From NCBI GenBank assembly GCA_017654855.1, contig CM030337.1:868001-932000 (forward strand): 64,000 nucleotides of DNA. Direction: 5' to 3'. Below the pieces are notes generated by a model. It was not told where the DNA came from. It was given only the letters and a program-made list of their open reading frames with translations, and searched no databases. The first letter of the stretch is position 1. The number at the start of each line of letters is the position of its first letter. The stretch comes from Podospora anserina (Eukaryota). Made by a program: the position numbers and the translations under genes. Of the stretch, positions 1 to 12,161 are shown one piece after another.

Positions 1-2
1 CG

Positions 3-3000
3 GAACCGAGGGACGAGCTGTTCCAAAAGCTCGAACAGCTGACGCCGACCGAGCTGTCAAAGCAGCTGGCACGGATCTACATTTACAACATGAACAGCGC
101 CTGCAAGAAGTGCTTCCGCCGCGTTCTCAGGATATCAACCCGGAACGAAGCCAGCGTCTTCAGCCCCAACAACGTCGAGTACCACCTCATCGGCAGCTTG
201 CAGGACCTGCAGGCGCACTTCCACCTCAGCCAGCTGCACCTCCCCAAGGAGACCATCAGTGTGGTGACTGACACGCGATACGTCTTTCAGCCCATCACTA
301 GGCTGTCCAAGTCCAAGGGCAAGATTGACGTGGTCATCAAGGTGGGCAGCCAGTTTGTTCAGGTGACCACCACCAAAAAGCAAGACGTCCCCGGGTTCCG
401 CCTCAACACGACTGTTAATGACATTTTCCGGTTGGGCGACGTGGACGAGGCGCCGACTTCGATCCAGACGGAGGACGACTCTGCTTTTGGGCTGCGGGCG
501 GACAACGGCAAGATTGTCATGTACTTTACCAGTCCCAAAAAGGCAGATGTGCTGCAGGCGATCAGGGCTGCCAAGGCCAAATATGGGAAAGATACGAGAG
601 CTCTCAAGTCGTTTGATCGGTTGATTCGACCGCAGGATGTGCCTGGGACGTTGCTCAACCTGGCGTTGACGAACCTGTCGAGCGGGGATCCGAGGCTGAG
701 GCTGGCGTCGTATAACCTTTTGAGTGCGCTGTGCAAGGCTTTCAAGTTTAGCGCCGCGTCGATGCTGATGAGCGGGAAGGACATCTCCATCCCGCCTGAC
801 CCGTCGAGGTTTATTGTCGGCATCAGCAAGAAGCTCGCCCAGGCGGAGCCGCAGTTGACGTCGGATTTTCTGAATGAGTTCTTTGTCGGGTGGGACAGCT
901 TTTCGGATGAGCAGAAGCCTCTTAGTTTGGAGTACATGGCTCCCTGGATTCCTAGCCTGCGGACGTCGCTCTTAGCGAGTGAAAGTGAGAGTGATAAGGG
1001 GAGGGAGAAGATTGCGGCGCTGTTCCGGAAGCTGATTGATATTACGCTTAATGATCCGACGCTGATGAATACACTGGGGCATTCGGTGTGGCCGGTTATC
1101 CAAAGGGATGAGGTGCTGCTGGACATTTTGCTTGATGAGATCATCAAGACGGCGCTGAGCATTGGGTTCATGGATGAGCAGACGGAGGTGTTAGCTTCGG
1201 TGGCGAGTCAGATTGGGACGATCACCCTCAGGGCGAGGTTCATCTCGCGGTTGAGGAAGGCGTTGAATCGGACTTCGCTCAGGCCGACGAGGTCGTTGCC
1301 GGATAATGCGGTTTGGAACGAGATTTGCGTCTTGCTTCAGTTTTGCAAGGCGTTGGCGTTTGACAGCGGGGTGCAGGCGCAGATGTACCTGGCCGAGATT
1401 TTTCACATTGTGACGATGCTGGCCAATACTGGCATGTCGGATGTGAGGGTGACGGTGCATCAGCTGTTGACCAACACGCTGCATTCGGCGTGCACGCACT
1501 TTGAGCTGGACGAGGCGAGGCAGGGGAAGATGAGGGCGACGTTGGAGATGTTGTCGGACAGCAAGAGCGAGATCTTTGTGAATTCGGTCATGTCGTTGAG
1601 GGATGGGGCGTCGATCTCGACTAATCAGGAGGCGGGGAGCACGCTGGGCGCGACGGAGAGCCTGGCGGCGATATTGTTTGAGACTTGCTCGGTTGCGGCG
1701 CCGTCGGTGGATTTGGCGAATGCGTGGAGGTCGAGGTGGATGAGTTTGGTTGCTAGCACGGCTTTTCAGAACAACCCGGCTATTCAGCCACGCGCTTTTA
1801 CCGTCATGGGCTGTCTCGCGAGGGAAGAGGTTGATGATGATTTGCTTTATCAAGTCCTCGTCGCGCTGAGGAACAGCGTGGGCAGGTTTGGTGACGACAC
1901 GAGCAGCGACATGCTCGTTGCCATTGTCACCTCCCTCTCCAAAATGATGGCCAAGCTTCCCTCTGCGTCACGATATGGTCTGCAGCTCTTCTGGCTGGCC
2001 ATGTCCCTCTTGCGACTCGTCCCACCAAACCTGTTCAATTGCACCGCCATGTTTCTCGAGTCGGTCCTCACCAACATCAGCACTTCGGGTGACATGCGAG
2101 GAGAGAAGATGGTGCCCTATCTCCTCCAGGGTAGGGTCCAACTGGAAGAAGCGGCCCTCCACCTCGACGAGGCGTACGGCATTCACTTCAACGCGGAAAA
2201 CTTTCACTTTGCAGCCTGTGCCTGTCTTGTTCGGGGCCTCACAGACGCATTCACGAGGACAACAGCATTGAGAGTGCTGTCCACCTTTCTAGAAATGACA
2301 ACCTGGAACGACCCGGCCCCACCACGAGGTAATCCTTTGTCCTCATCCTTTTCAACCGACCGATCCATCCGCGACCTGGCCGGGTCCCCTTACATGGCCC
2401 TCATGCTCGCCCGAACGGTATCAATTGATGAATTACGAGAAAATCTCTGGTCGGTAGGCATCAACCCATCTGGTCTGTCGGATTTGGTATCCCTCCGCTC
2501 AGCTCAGGACCTTGTCCTCCTCAAGGATAAAGACTTGCTTCTCAACACGGCCATCGAGCTGGTCGATTTTCAGTATCTGGACGATGCGGTGCAGTACCGG
2601 AGTCTGCAGTGGCTGAACGAGGTTACGAGGGAGAGGCCGGGGGTGATGGGGCATTTGTTTGGGCATGTGGGGTGGTTGCTGGATGATATTTTTAAGCACT
2701 GCCAGAGTTCGACGACGTTGGAGGCGGCGCATGTGCTGCTGCAGACGGGGTTGAGGTTTAGCACGCAGGAGCAGAGGCCGGATTTGGGGGAGACGTTGGA
2801 GGGGATGGGGTTTGGGGGGTTGTGGAGGAGCTGCGGGAGTAGTTTTGGGAGTGGGGGAGGGGTTGGGTTTGGAGGGGGATGGGAGGGGGGATGATGGGGG
2901 AGGGGGGGGAGAGGAGGTGTTTTGGGTTGACGGAGAGGTTGATTGAGGTGAGTTTTTGCCGCTGATTTGTCTGAGAGGAGAGTGAAGCTAACAAAGGGGT

Positions 3001-3017
3001 AGTTGATCATTATCTAA
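3..3017 (+). CDS. Neurofibromin / Ira1-Ira2-type Ras GTPase-activating protein, C-terminal part (5' end outside window)
   Basis: Frame open from base 3 through ORF 90..2894. Sec14-PH-like and HEAT-like segments typical of NF1/Ira (RPQDVPGTLLNLALTNL, FQNNPAIQPRAF, GMGFGGLWRSC). The probable true C-terminus ERRCFGLTERLIE/LIII* is in another frame, with intron 2948-3002 (GTGAGT..GCTAAC..TAG) and stop TAA 3015-3017, which needs a 1-nt indel in the G-runs near 2875. Confidence 0.9.
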
Positions 3018-3222
3018 TGGACCGGCTCATGACTGGGGGGCAATATTGGTGCGGGTAGGCGTTGCGGTTAGGGGAGGGTTTGGGTTGAGGGGTGTTGCAT
3101 TTAGTGAGGTTTCGTGGAGATGCATACAGTTGTTTGTGTGTGCTTTTTTTGTCAAATCTTTTGAAGAGGCTTGGTTTGGATCTGTGTGTTGGTGTTGGTG
3201 TAAGTGGAGTGGTTGCACAGTG

Positions 3223-3270
3223 TGTTGTTGTTGTTGTTGTTGCTGCTGCTGTTGTTGCTGTTGTTGTTGC

Positions 3271-3310
<40 letters not shown>
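3223..3310. repeat. (TTG/CAA)n trinucleotide microsatellite with a few CTG interruptions
   Basis: About 29 triplets read directly; explains the poly-C, poly-V and poly-N pseudo-ORFs. Confidence 0.97.
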
Positions 3311-5151
3311 CATTGGCGATTTTTGGGAAAGCATATGGTGATTTATTCTTTTTTTCTGTACATGCATTGTTTTTGGACGAGGGGGATAAGGGGGTTGGTT
3401 GGTTGGTTGATTGAAATGAGCGATATGAGAGATATGGAAGAAGAGGGGGTGGAAAAGGAGGGTTTAAACGAGATACCTTGCCTATAATGAGAATAAAATG
3501 TTGAAGTGTCTAAGTGTGGTATCATGCTTACAACTAAGTACGGGGGAAGTTGCTGCTTTGGAAACATCATTGGCATGAATCGGTTAGCTTTGCTGTGGAT
3601 AGGTATCATGCCCCCATTACCGAGCTGTTTGTTTTGTTTACATCCACATCTGTTCCCCTTGTCTTTGGAGCCCAGTTGTTTCCTCCGTATAGAACAAACC
3701 TCGGGGTTTATTACCGGTATGATCACCGGAAAGAAACATCCCTACAAACATTACCAGATAGTTTACTTCACTGCCCTTTTCTCGCGATAGTATCATCAAC
3801 ACCCCGCTACCGACCTATCAAACGTGTGATCACCTCTCGTTTTACTCTCATTTTCGTTTCCAACTCGGCCTCTCCCCTCCGACCCATCGACCTGGGGGTG
3901 GGCGTGTCCGCAAAAGGTGTCTACCAATATGATCAGCCGTATTTTGAGGTCAGCAGAAATCCGACCCACCCAACCCCGGGAGCCGACGGGTCGGGTCCGC
4001 CTGCGGCACCGATGGGTAAGGGTTTGTTGTTGTTTTTGGGTCAGACGGTCTGTCAACTCAGATACCTACCTATTGAGTCCGGCGGTGGTAAGAGATTGGC
4101 TGCGAGAAGAAAGAGAAAGAAAAAAAATAAGCGTGCTGCGCCCCTGGGTGTCTGAGGTGATGATTGACGATCTAGATATGCAATGGGATTGTTGTACGGG
4201 CATACGGCACACCCGTGTGGCATGTTGGGTAGCTAGGTGGGTTGCTTGCAGCGGCGCAGCTGGGGGGGGGGGGGAAGGGTAGTGTATACTTTTGGTTTTG
4301 GCAGGTACAACGTAGTATTTTCAAGCCTGGCTGCTGCCATGTTACACGAGTTTGGGATGTCAACAAACCCTCCCCCCCTTGAAAATTCTGCTGTTGAGAT
4401 GCGGTGCTTGGATGGCATGGCATGGCAGGTTACGAATACGTTGGATAAGCAGGAAGGGACTGTCGTCAAAAGTGGATGCGATCTTTCAAGTCGGGATCGG
4501 TCGGTCTACTGATCCGGCATGGTCTACCCAAGTGCGCCCGGATGAAAATACACTAGATCCCGGAACACGACTGGCCCTCAATACAGGATACGGGACACCA
4601 AGAAGGTCCAGATTCCAAAATGTCTGAATTTGTCGGTCCTATTATTTCGATTTCGTATAGCCGGGAAAAAAAAGCGCGGCCAGACGCGGCCGGAGATGCG
4701 GAGGTTTTCGGGTTCAAGGAATCAACAGACCTATTTTCGTATCTCTGGGGAGGTGTTGTTGCTGAGTGTGCTCGACCAAACATGATTCTAAAGTGCAAAA
4801 TCCCACGCTATGTGATCCGGAGGCTCAAAATCATTCCATTGCCCACACAGGAATAAGTAATTACCAATCACACAAACAACCATGCTTATGTCGTCGTCGA
4901 TACCGGGTTTCCGGCGGCCATCCCCCCGGAGCAAAGGCCGAGCACCGAACAACAGAAAATGAAAAAAACCGTCCAACAAAACCACTTCGGCGTCTCCCGA
5001 AGGTCAAAACCCGCATTCCATGTCCCATTACGGAAAGGCGCAGGCACAGACACCCTTTTTTAGCAAGCGCCGTCATGTCTTGCATTAGCTCCCCCCAACT
5101 CCCATGTGGTGCAACCCTCCCACTTGCTATCTGGAAAATCTAGAAGCCACC

Positions 5152-5408
5152 CACCCTTGCCACAAGATAATCGAGACACCAAAGTAGGTTAACATGCCTT
5201 GAAGGATAGTCCATATGCCTTTAAAGATAGTCCATAGGTCTTTAAAGATAGTTAATAGCCCTTGAAAGATAGTTTAAAGGCCTTTGAAGATAGTTAACAG
5301 GCCTTGAAAGATCGTCCAAAGGCCTATTAACTTGCTTTTGAGGTATAGTTCATAGTATAATATGGGTTTAACGTACTTTAGTGTCTCAATTATTTTGTGG
5401 CAAGGGTG
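5152..5408. mobile_element. Non-autonomous DNA transposon (MITE-like), CAC...GTG termini, 41-bp TIRs, possible 2-bp TSD (CC)
   Basis: 5152-5192 is the reverse complement of 5368-5408 at 37/41 positions. CC flanks both ends (5150-5151, 5409-5410). The AT-rich interior holds six 21-bp repeats. Confidence 0.8.
5189..5325. repeat. 21-bp minisatellite, 6 full units plus a partial one (consensus approx. TYMAWAGSCYTTRAAAGATAG)
   Basis: Units start at 5189, 5210, 5231, 5252, 5273 and 5294. Confidence 0.92.
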
Positions 5409-7710
5409 CCTTACAATGTCGCAGTGAAAAGAAAAGGAGCGAAAATTCTTTCCACTGCCCCCCCTTTTTTTTTCTCTTCCGCATCGGTAATGCAGGTGGT
5501 GATCGAGAGGAAGACAAAAATCTCCGCGGGATATCAATTCGGTCGGTCTGTACATTTGGCCAAGTGTGTGGCTTGTATATTCTTCCCTCCGAAGCATCTA
5601 GCCCGTATCTCCGAGAGAAGAGCGAACCAGCGAGAGCACCAAGAATGTACTTGTACCTGTCTGTGTGTCCAAACAAAAGAGTCAAGGCGCAAAAAAGAGG
5701 ATGCAGGAAGCAGCTGGCCAGATCCGAAGATATTTGTCAGAGGTTTGTCCAAACGTCATCCTGACAGAACTGACCAGGCTGTTCTCGAGACATTTTGATA
5801 GCTTTCATGTATTGTAAGTGAGGTGGCTGGTGTCCTGTGCTAGTAGTGCATTAGAACTCGTATCAATATAACAACGGCGCAATTCGTCGTGCAGGACAGC
5901 TACCTAGCTGGTCCCAAGCTGACGGTTCAGTCCAGCGGCACAGGTTCCGCTACCGGGGCCGGCAGATGGGTAGACGGGGCTCCTGGTTGGTTTGTGGGGG
6001 TTCGATAGAGGCGAAACGCACTGGTTGACATATCTTGACTACCTGGCCGAACCGACTCGGAGAGGCAAATTCTCACAGACATAAAAAGTGCGCACAGCTC
6101 TCGCTCGACTCGCCCACCACACTTCCTCCCTCCTCCTGAGAGCATGCGCCGGGCATGGTGTGGGAGTGAGGTGAGAATGTGTGTCGCGTGTGCTTGCTGG
6201 GATCGAAAGAGGTCCAAGGATCTGGGAACGAGTGGGGAACGTGTCCGGGGCGGCCGACAAGAAAAAAAGACTGAGATCTGCATCTGGTGGTGGGGCCCCT
6301 CGGCTTGGCATCAAACGTTTGGAGGGCGGCCTCTGTCGCTGATTGGCCAGGCCCGCTCAACGGAGAGACTCGGCTTCACGGGCCACAGACGAAGAGAGGT
6401 GTTGCGTTGGTCCAGTCCAGGAAATCGAGAGATGTCGCTCTTGATTGGCGTGAGGTCTGTAACGATCTAGGCTGGGATCTGGCAATCTGACATGCGCAAA
6501 AGTGTGTGTTCGAGCCCTCGAGAAGCCAGGGGTTCACGGGGTTCCAGAACGCCGGCAACAAGGAACCAGAGCAATCCACAGCTGAACTTTCTGATCCTCC
6601 ATGCTTTCCGCATGTGGACTCTTTGATCAAATCCAACCTGCTGTCCCACACACGTGGGGTCTGACACCAGCCCAAAGCTGCTGTTGTGCTGTTTATGGTC
6701 CACGTCGCGCGCTCGACAACACAGCATGGTCCCAGGGGGGTACTTTGGTAGAATGAGGTGAATTAAGGCCCGTTGGGCTCTCGTGTACCCGTACTCGATG
6801 CCATAGTCGGATAAGCCATGCTGGACAAGAACAGCTGGGCAGGACTCGTACTACTCTCCCCCCTCCTTCCCCCCTTCTTCTTTTTCTTGTCAATCAGTTA
6901 CGTGCCGCATGACGAGATATTTGGAAGAGAGGGAGAAAAAAAAAGGCTATGCCCTACGTTGCGCGCACCTGACTTGACCGAAAACCGGAGAGCTTCCGAG
7001 TCGTCCTTGTCCACGATTGCACATCTGTGCAAAAAGGTGGTCTTTCAAGGAGAGGGCTGTATACGCAACCTTCTTGTCCTGCCTTGACTTTTGACTACGT
7101 AGACCCTTCCCCGTCGGCTGTGCAATGGTGAGGCTTGATACTGATTCATCGTTCTTGGCAAAGAGGTGCTAGCTCCGAAAAACCCCAGGTCTGAGAGCGG
7201 CTCGGCGTCGATCGCTCTCGAGCTCCGCTATTATCCCCACAGTTTGAGCGAGGCGCCCGGGGTCAAGTTCAGGAACCCTCGGCATCTCTTTTCTTTGACC
7301 GTCGATGTGATGGCTTGGAGAGCGATGGAAGAAAAATATTCCATCGGGCGCAGCAAATGCAGGTCGAAGAGACTTTTTCCGGATCGGTCAATCGGATAGA
7401 GGCAATCCCGGCATTCGTTTCTTTGATCAAGGAGAGAACATGGGTCATGGGTTTGTCAAGATAGATGGTAGGGTGGATCAGGGAACCGCACCCCCCCCCC
7501 ACCCGAAGCAACGTCCCCAGCGGTCGTGATCCAGTTGCTAAACTCCGACGCCGCAATCCAGACATCTGGCAGGCTTTCAAGTCATCGAGTAAGCAGCCTT
7601 GAGCGACTTCGGATTAGACTCTCCCGTGAAAGGATGAGAGAAACAAGTGTCCTCGTATGGTCCGGAAACCGGGAACCCAGTGAAGAGTCTGGGTTGTGTT
7701 CACATGCATC

Positions 7711-7717
7711 TGACTCA
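7711..7717 (+). promoter_or_regulatory. TGACTCA Gcn4/CPC-1 (AP-1)-type site far upstream of the Rpn4-like gene
   Basis: Exact heptamer; function untested. Confidence 0.25.
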
Positions 7718-9458
7718 TTACCCGAAATGGAAGCCACGATATACACAGTCCTCCCGTCTGCAACGCTCTCGCTGTTCCTGTTTCGCAGTCACCTAGAGGT
7801 AGTCATGTGATGCATCTCAAGCGAACCATGAACACATGACATGTAAGTGCTTGGGTGGTGCTTATGCAACTTTATGTAGAATAGAGTAAAAGTTCTGCTC
7901 ATATCCGCAGACACGTGCCGAGAGATTGGTCGGGACAAGAATACTGTAAACAGCAAGTGTAGAAGATCTCAAAGCCACTTAAACGGCCTCCCGGTATATC
8001 TGATGGGTATCCGTAGGTAGACGAAACTTTGCGTTACAGTACAAGCCACACTGCAACCCCGTGTTTAGTGAACGCCACAGGAGACGTCTCCGTGGGCCAA
8101 CGAGAAGCCGCGCAAAGCAAGACATCAACGTTGATCGTTGCGACCCCAACGGTCGGTTGGAGCTGGGGACCAGCATCGTGGACCTGTGGCTTCGCAATTG
8201 TAACCAGACTGTCGGTTGCAGCCCTGATTACAGGGACATTGTTCAGCCAACAAGTGCCGAAAAATCAAGGAACAAGCAAATGTAAGACAAGCCACAGTTG
8301 GGACCCTGAATTGTAAACCACTAGATCTTTGACAGATCTTTGCCTCATTTCGGGAACGATCTCCGGTGGGGTTGGAGCGAGGTGTGGCTAGTGACGCGCA
8401 ATGTTCCCCCAAACGTCCCTCACGAGCAACCACTTTCCCGTGTCCGTATGCGCTGAATGCAATGCAATATCGAGAATGAATCGTTGTGATTTTGACTAGG
8501 CGGCATGTTCTGAGTGGTGGACCCTCCGAGAGGGAACATGGAAAAAATCAACTAGGCCGCTGGAAAGCGGTCACAGGTGCAAAGCGAGCGGCAGCCCGAG
8601 GGTTCCAGCTGTCAACTGCTTGGTGCCGGCAACATGCCCAGTGCCTGACAAATTGGGTCCTGTGGTTCTCAACAAGTTGGAAGGCCTCTATGGAATCCAC
8701 GGGGTGGAATTTGCATTGGTAATTGGGCGCTTCCAGGTGCCGGGAAGGATTTTAGAGTAAAGTCCATCTGGGAGAAACGGCGATCGCCTACTGTATAGCC
8801 ATTTGATACCGATCTAAAGGGTTGAAGGAGGCTGTGTGCATTGTTGGGTGCCATCCCCAGCTATTGGTGGACACTCCGGTTTTTGGGGCAGTGGGTTGGA
8901 CCCACTAGTCTGTCTACAGAATAACAGTGGGTTTTCCGTGTTCTCCAAGCAATATTCTGCCAATGACTCGGGCCCTACGGCCTGTTTGGCACAAATCCCG
9001 CTGCCAAATCCCACAATCGAGACTACAACACCGGCCCACAGCAATTCAGCTTGGATTGCACTCTTGCACAGGGCTCGCAGGAGACTCTCCTATCCGATGC
9101 ACAAGTCGACAGACTTGGGATAGACGGACGCCAATGGGTTCCAGATTGGCTTGCGACGACAGCCAGCGAGCGATTGATTGAAGCTGCCGTCTCTTCCGTC
9201 GTAGCATCCCTCCCATCATCTAGATGGATGGTGACCACAAGACGCAAAACTGGAATTTCACTGGAAACCTCGGCATGCGGAATCTCTTCGGAGCACGGTC
9301 CCCGGTACACACTGGGCTCTTGTCGAACGGACGGGCAGCGACACTTCATCTGATGTTCCGGGACTGGTCATGACAGATGGCCCCGACTCCGACCGCTGCT
9401 GCCAGCAGTGCCAGCACAGAAACCACTTGGTCGCCCATATATCGGCAGCCAGAGAGAC

Positions 9459-9471
9459 GACTCATGACTCA
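9459..9471 (+). promoter_or_regulatory. Tandem GACTCA-TGACTCA Gcn4/CPC-1-type site ~580 bp upstream of the Rpn4-like ATG
   Basis: Exact TGACTCA at 9465-9471 preceded by GACTCA. Confidence 0.35.
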
Positions 9472-10043
9472 ACACTTCCTGGACGCTTCTACGATGCTCG
9501 ACATGTTATTAATAACCACGGGACTGATACGATAACTAGTGAAAAGACAGTGTTCCAGCAAATGTCAAAGTGGTGCATCTCCCACAACCGTTCCGATCGT
9601 CGTCCACCTGCAACCTGAGCTACGACGTCTCTGACGCCAAGAAGACCCAGGCTCTGGCCTGACTTCCACTACAGGCAGTGTACCCAGGTACCTTGGTGCC
9701 CTGCAGCCGGCCACGAGCAGGTACCAGCTACCGCCAAGACCAGCACCAGCTGGGCCTGCAGGTCCCTGCCCCTGCACCCAGTTCTCTTTCTCGGTCTTTC
9801 CACTGCACAGTGACTCCCGCGCTGAACCAGCCGGACCCTTCCCTCCAAGGTACGTCATATGGAGACTTCCACATTCCATGGTCACCCCACTCCCCATTAG
9901 TCACGACATACCCCCAACCCTTCCCCCATGGTGTGTGTCCTTTCCTGTATATTTAAGATACCGTCCGGGCTTCCGCCTTCTTCTGATCTATTTTGCCACA
10001 CATATCAAATACCATATACCACAGCTCTAACCTATACAACATC

Positions 10044-12161
10044 ATGTTGCAGACCCCAAACCGAACAACAACCTTTCCTCATCAACAACAACAACTCAAC
10101 ACATACACACAACATCTACAACCCGGCCCATACGACCGCATGCGACACACAGCGACACCATTCCACGCCGACGTGAACAATAGTGCACACGACATCGACC
10201 TCGACTCGGAACTCAACTACCAGAGCTTGTCGTCATCGCCAGTCTCGACACAGTCGCTGCTCTCGCAGTACTCGGGTGTGGGTTCTTCGCCTTTGTCGAC
10301 CTTTGACAGCATTCCGACACCGACGCTGGGAGGACTGAGAGGAGATTTCGAGGGCTCTTTGTTCGAATACTCGCCACAAAGCAACCAGGCCACCCTCGCA
10401 GAGTCATCTGCCTCGCTTTTCCCAAACCTCGACCTGATGCAAACGGATACGTGGATGCCAAGCGGCCTCACCCCAAGGTCGGCCGGTCGATTCTCACATC
10501 ACAGAGAGTCTTCGCTGTCTTCTCTGGGTTCGAATGGTCCAGCTTCTCCATATTCGCACAACACCACCAATCCTCAGATCGCGGTAACGGATTCTCTGGG
10601 TGAATACCACGGCTTGCCATCACAGGAAGACTTCAACTACCAGCTTGCACCAACAAAGCCGTTTCCCGGTGTGACACACGACAACTTCTACGCCAACCTC
10701 GGGACATATGCCTCGGCCGGTCCAACGGCTATCAACTACCCACAAGTAGCTACGGCTCCGAAGCGGAGGGACGACCGAGGGTTGCTTCAGCCTTCCGAGA
10801 ACCCGATTGGGTCTAACCGGTCACAGCCCGTATCGGTGGCGAGCTCTATTAATTCTGACTCACCCGCCACCCCAGCAGGTGACCTCGAGGAAGACAGGAG
10901 GAACAAGAATGGTGAGAATGAACCAAACCTTTTCGATTACCTCTCAAACAATCCAAGCTCACCATTTCTCGATGAAGCAGTCATGCACACCGTTCCCAAA
11001 CTCGACCGCACTCTGACGGATGTTTATGCCGATGAGCTCTACAACCCAGACTTCACCCTCACAAACACATCGGCATCTCAGCTCCCAGTATCACCAACAA
11101 ACGACTTGTTTGTACAGCGGATCCAGGCTGCCAACAAACAGCACTTGACAGCAACAGTCAACTCACCGGCCTCAGCGACACCACGGGATCGATCACCATT
11201 CCGCCACGGCTCACCGCACGCGCCCTTGCCAGTGCATGATTTCTCATCCATGGGAGCTTCGCAAGCTCGCTTCGGGTCGGCTCAGCAGATGCGTGAGCAG
11301 AGCAAGGCGCTTCAGGACGCCCGTGTTATGCAGCAACAACTGTCTCGCGCTGCGAGTGCCACCACACCACCAACTACCATCTCACCCAAGGACGCCATGC
11401 TTGAGTTCCACGAGTCGGATGGGGACAACAACTTCCCACTATTCCCACCACAGTCGAGCACCTTCAACGTGGATGCCATCACCAAGGCCACCAGTGCCCC
11501 CAGCCAGCCGGCGTTCAACGGGCTTTCTTTGGATACCACGGCCATGTTCAACAACTACCTGGCCTCTGGCCTTCCCAACAACATTCAGGTGCCGCAGCAA
11601 TACCCATTCATCGCACGCCCACAGCCACGACAAGAGAGCGCTGTGCCATCGCTGAGCAATGCCTCGCTCAACACATCAAGAGTCAGCTCTGTCGATACCG
11701 GTCTGGACTCTGTCAACAGTCCACCAAAGCGACCTGCGGATGTCTCTGCTGATGGAGGCACGTACACCTGCACATACCATGGCTGCACTATGCGCTTCGA
11801 AACCCCAGCGCTTCTGCAAAAGCACAAGAGGGAGGGACATCGCCAGGCACATGGCCTCAACGGTAGCAGGCAGCCAGGTGGCATGACGTCCAGTCTCATG
11901 TCGCAGGCTGGGCCTCACCGCTGCGATCGTATCAACCCCAGCACTGGAAAGCCCTGCAACACTGTCTTCTCGAGACCCTACGACCTTACCAGGCACGAAG
12001 ACACGATTCACAACGCACGCAAGCAAAAGGTTCGCTGCAACCTGTGCACTGATGAGAAGACGTTTAGCCGCGCTGATGCCCTTACTCGACATTACCGCGT
12101 GTGCCACCCCGATGTTGAGTTTCCCGGCAAGCAGCGTCGTCGGGCTCACGCCAGCGGGTGA
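10044..12161 (+). CDS. RPN4: Rpn4-type C2H2 zinc-finger transcription factor (proteasome/stress regulator)
   Basis: C-terminal fingers HRCDRINPSTGKPCNTVFSRPYDLTRHEDTIH and KTFSRADALTRH match the Rpn4 pattern (FSRxYDLTRH, KTFSRxDALTRH); extra upstream finger CTYHGC..H; S/P-rich N-terminus. First in-frame ATG 10044. Possible in-frame intron 10912-10980. Confidence 0.88.
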   Translation: MLQTPNRTTTFPHQQQQLNTYTQHLQPGPYDRMRHTATPFHADVNNSAHDIDLDSELNYQSLSSSPVSTQSLLSQYSGVGSSPLSTFDSIPTPTLGGLRGDFEGSLFEYSPQSNQATLAESSASLFPNLDLMQTDTWMPSGLTPRSAGRFSHHRESSLSSLGSNGPASPYSHNTTNPQIAVTDSLGEYHGLPSQEDFNYQLAPTKPFPGVTHDNFYANLGTYASAGPTAINYPQVATAPKRRDDRGLLQPSENPIGSNRSQPVSVASSINSDSPATPAGDLEEDRRNKNGENEPNLFDYLSNNPSSPFLDEAVMHTVPKLDRTLTDVYADELYNPDFTLTNTSASQLPVSPTNDLFVQRIQAANKQHLTATVNSPASATPRDRSPFRHGSPHAPLPVHDFSSMGASQARFGSAQQMREQSKALQDARVMQQQLSRAASATTPPTTISPKDAMLEFHESDGDNNFPLFPPQSSTFNVDAITKATSAPSQPAFNGLSLDTTAMFNNYLASGLPNNIQVPQQYPFIARPQPRQESAVPSLSNASLNTSRVSSVDTGLDSVNSPPKRPADVSADGGTYTCTYHGCTMRFETPALLQKHKREGHRQAHGLNGSRQPGGMTSSLMSQAGPHRCDRINPSTGKPCNTVFSRPYDLTRHEDTIHNARKQKVRCNLCTDEKTFSRADALTRHYRVCHPDVEFPGKQRRRAHASG

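Noticed and set aside
3046-3487. Poly-Cys, poly-Val and poly-Asn ORFs
   Set aside because: Translations of the (TTG)n microsatellite in the neurofibromin 3' region.
5189-5325. Regularly spaced repeats as a CRISPR-like array
   Set aside because: Head-to-tail 21-bp units with no unique spacers, eukaryotic context and no cas genes.
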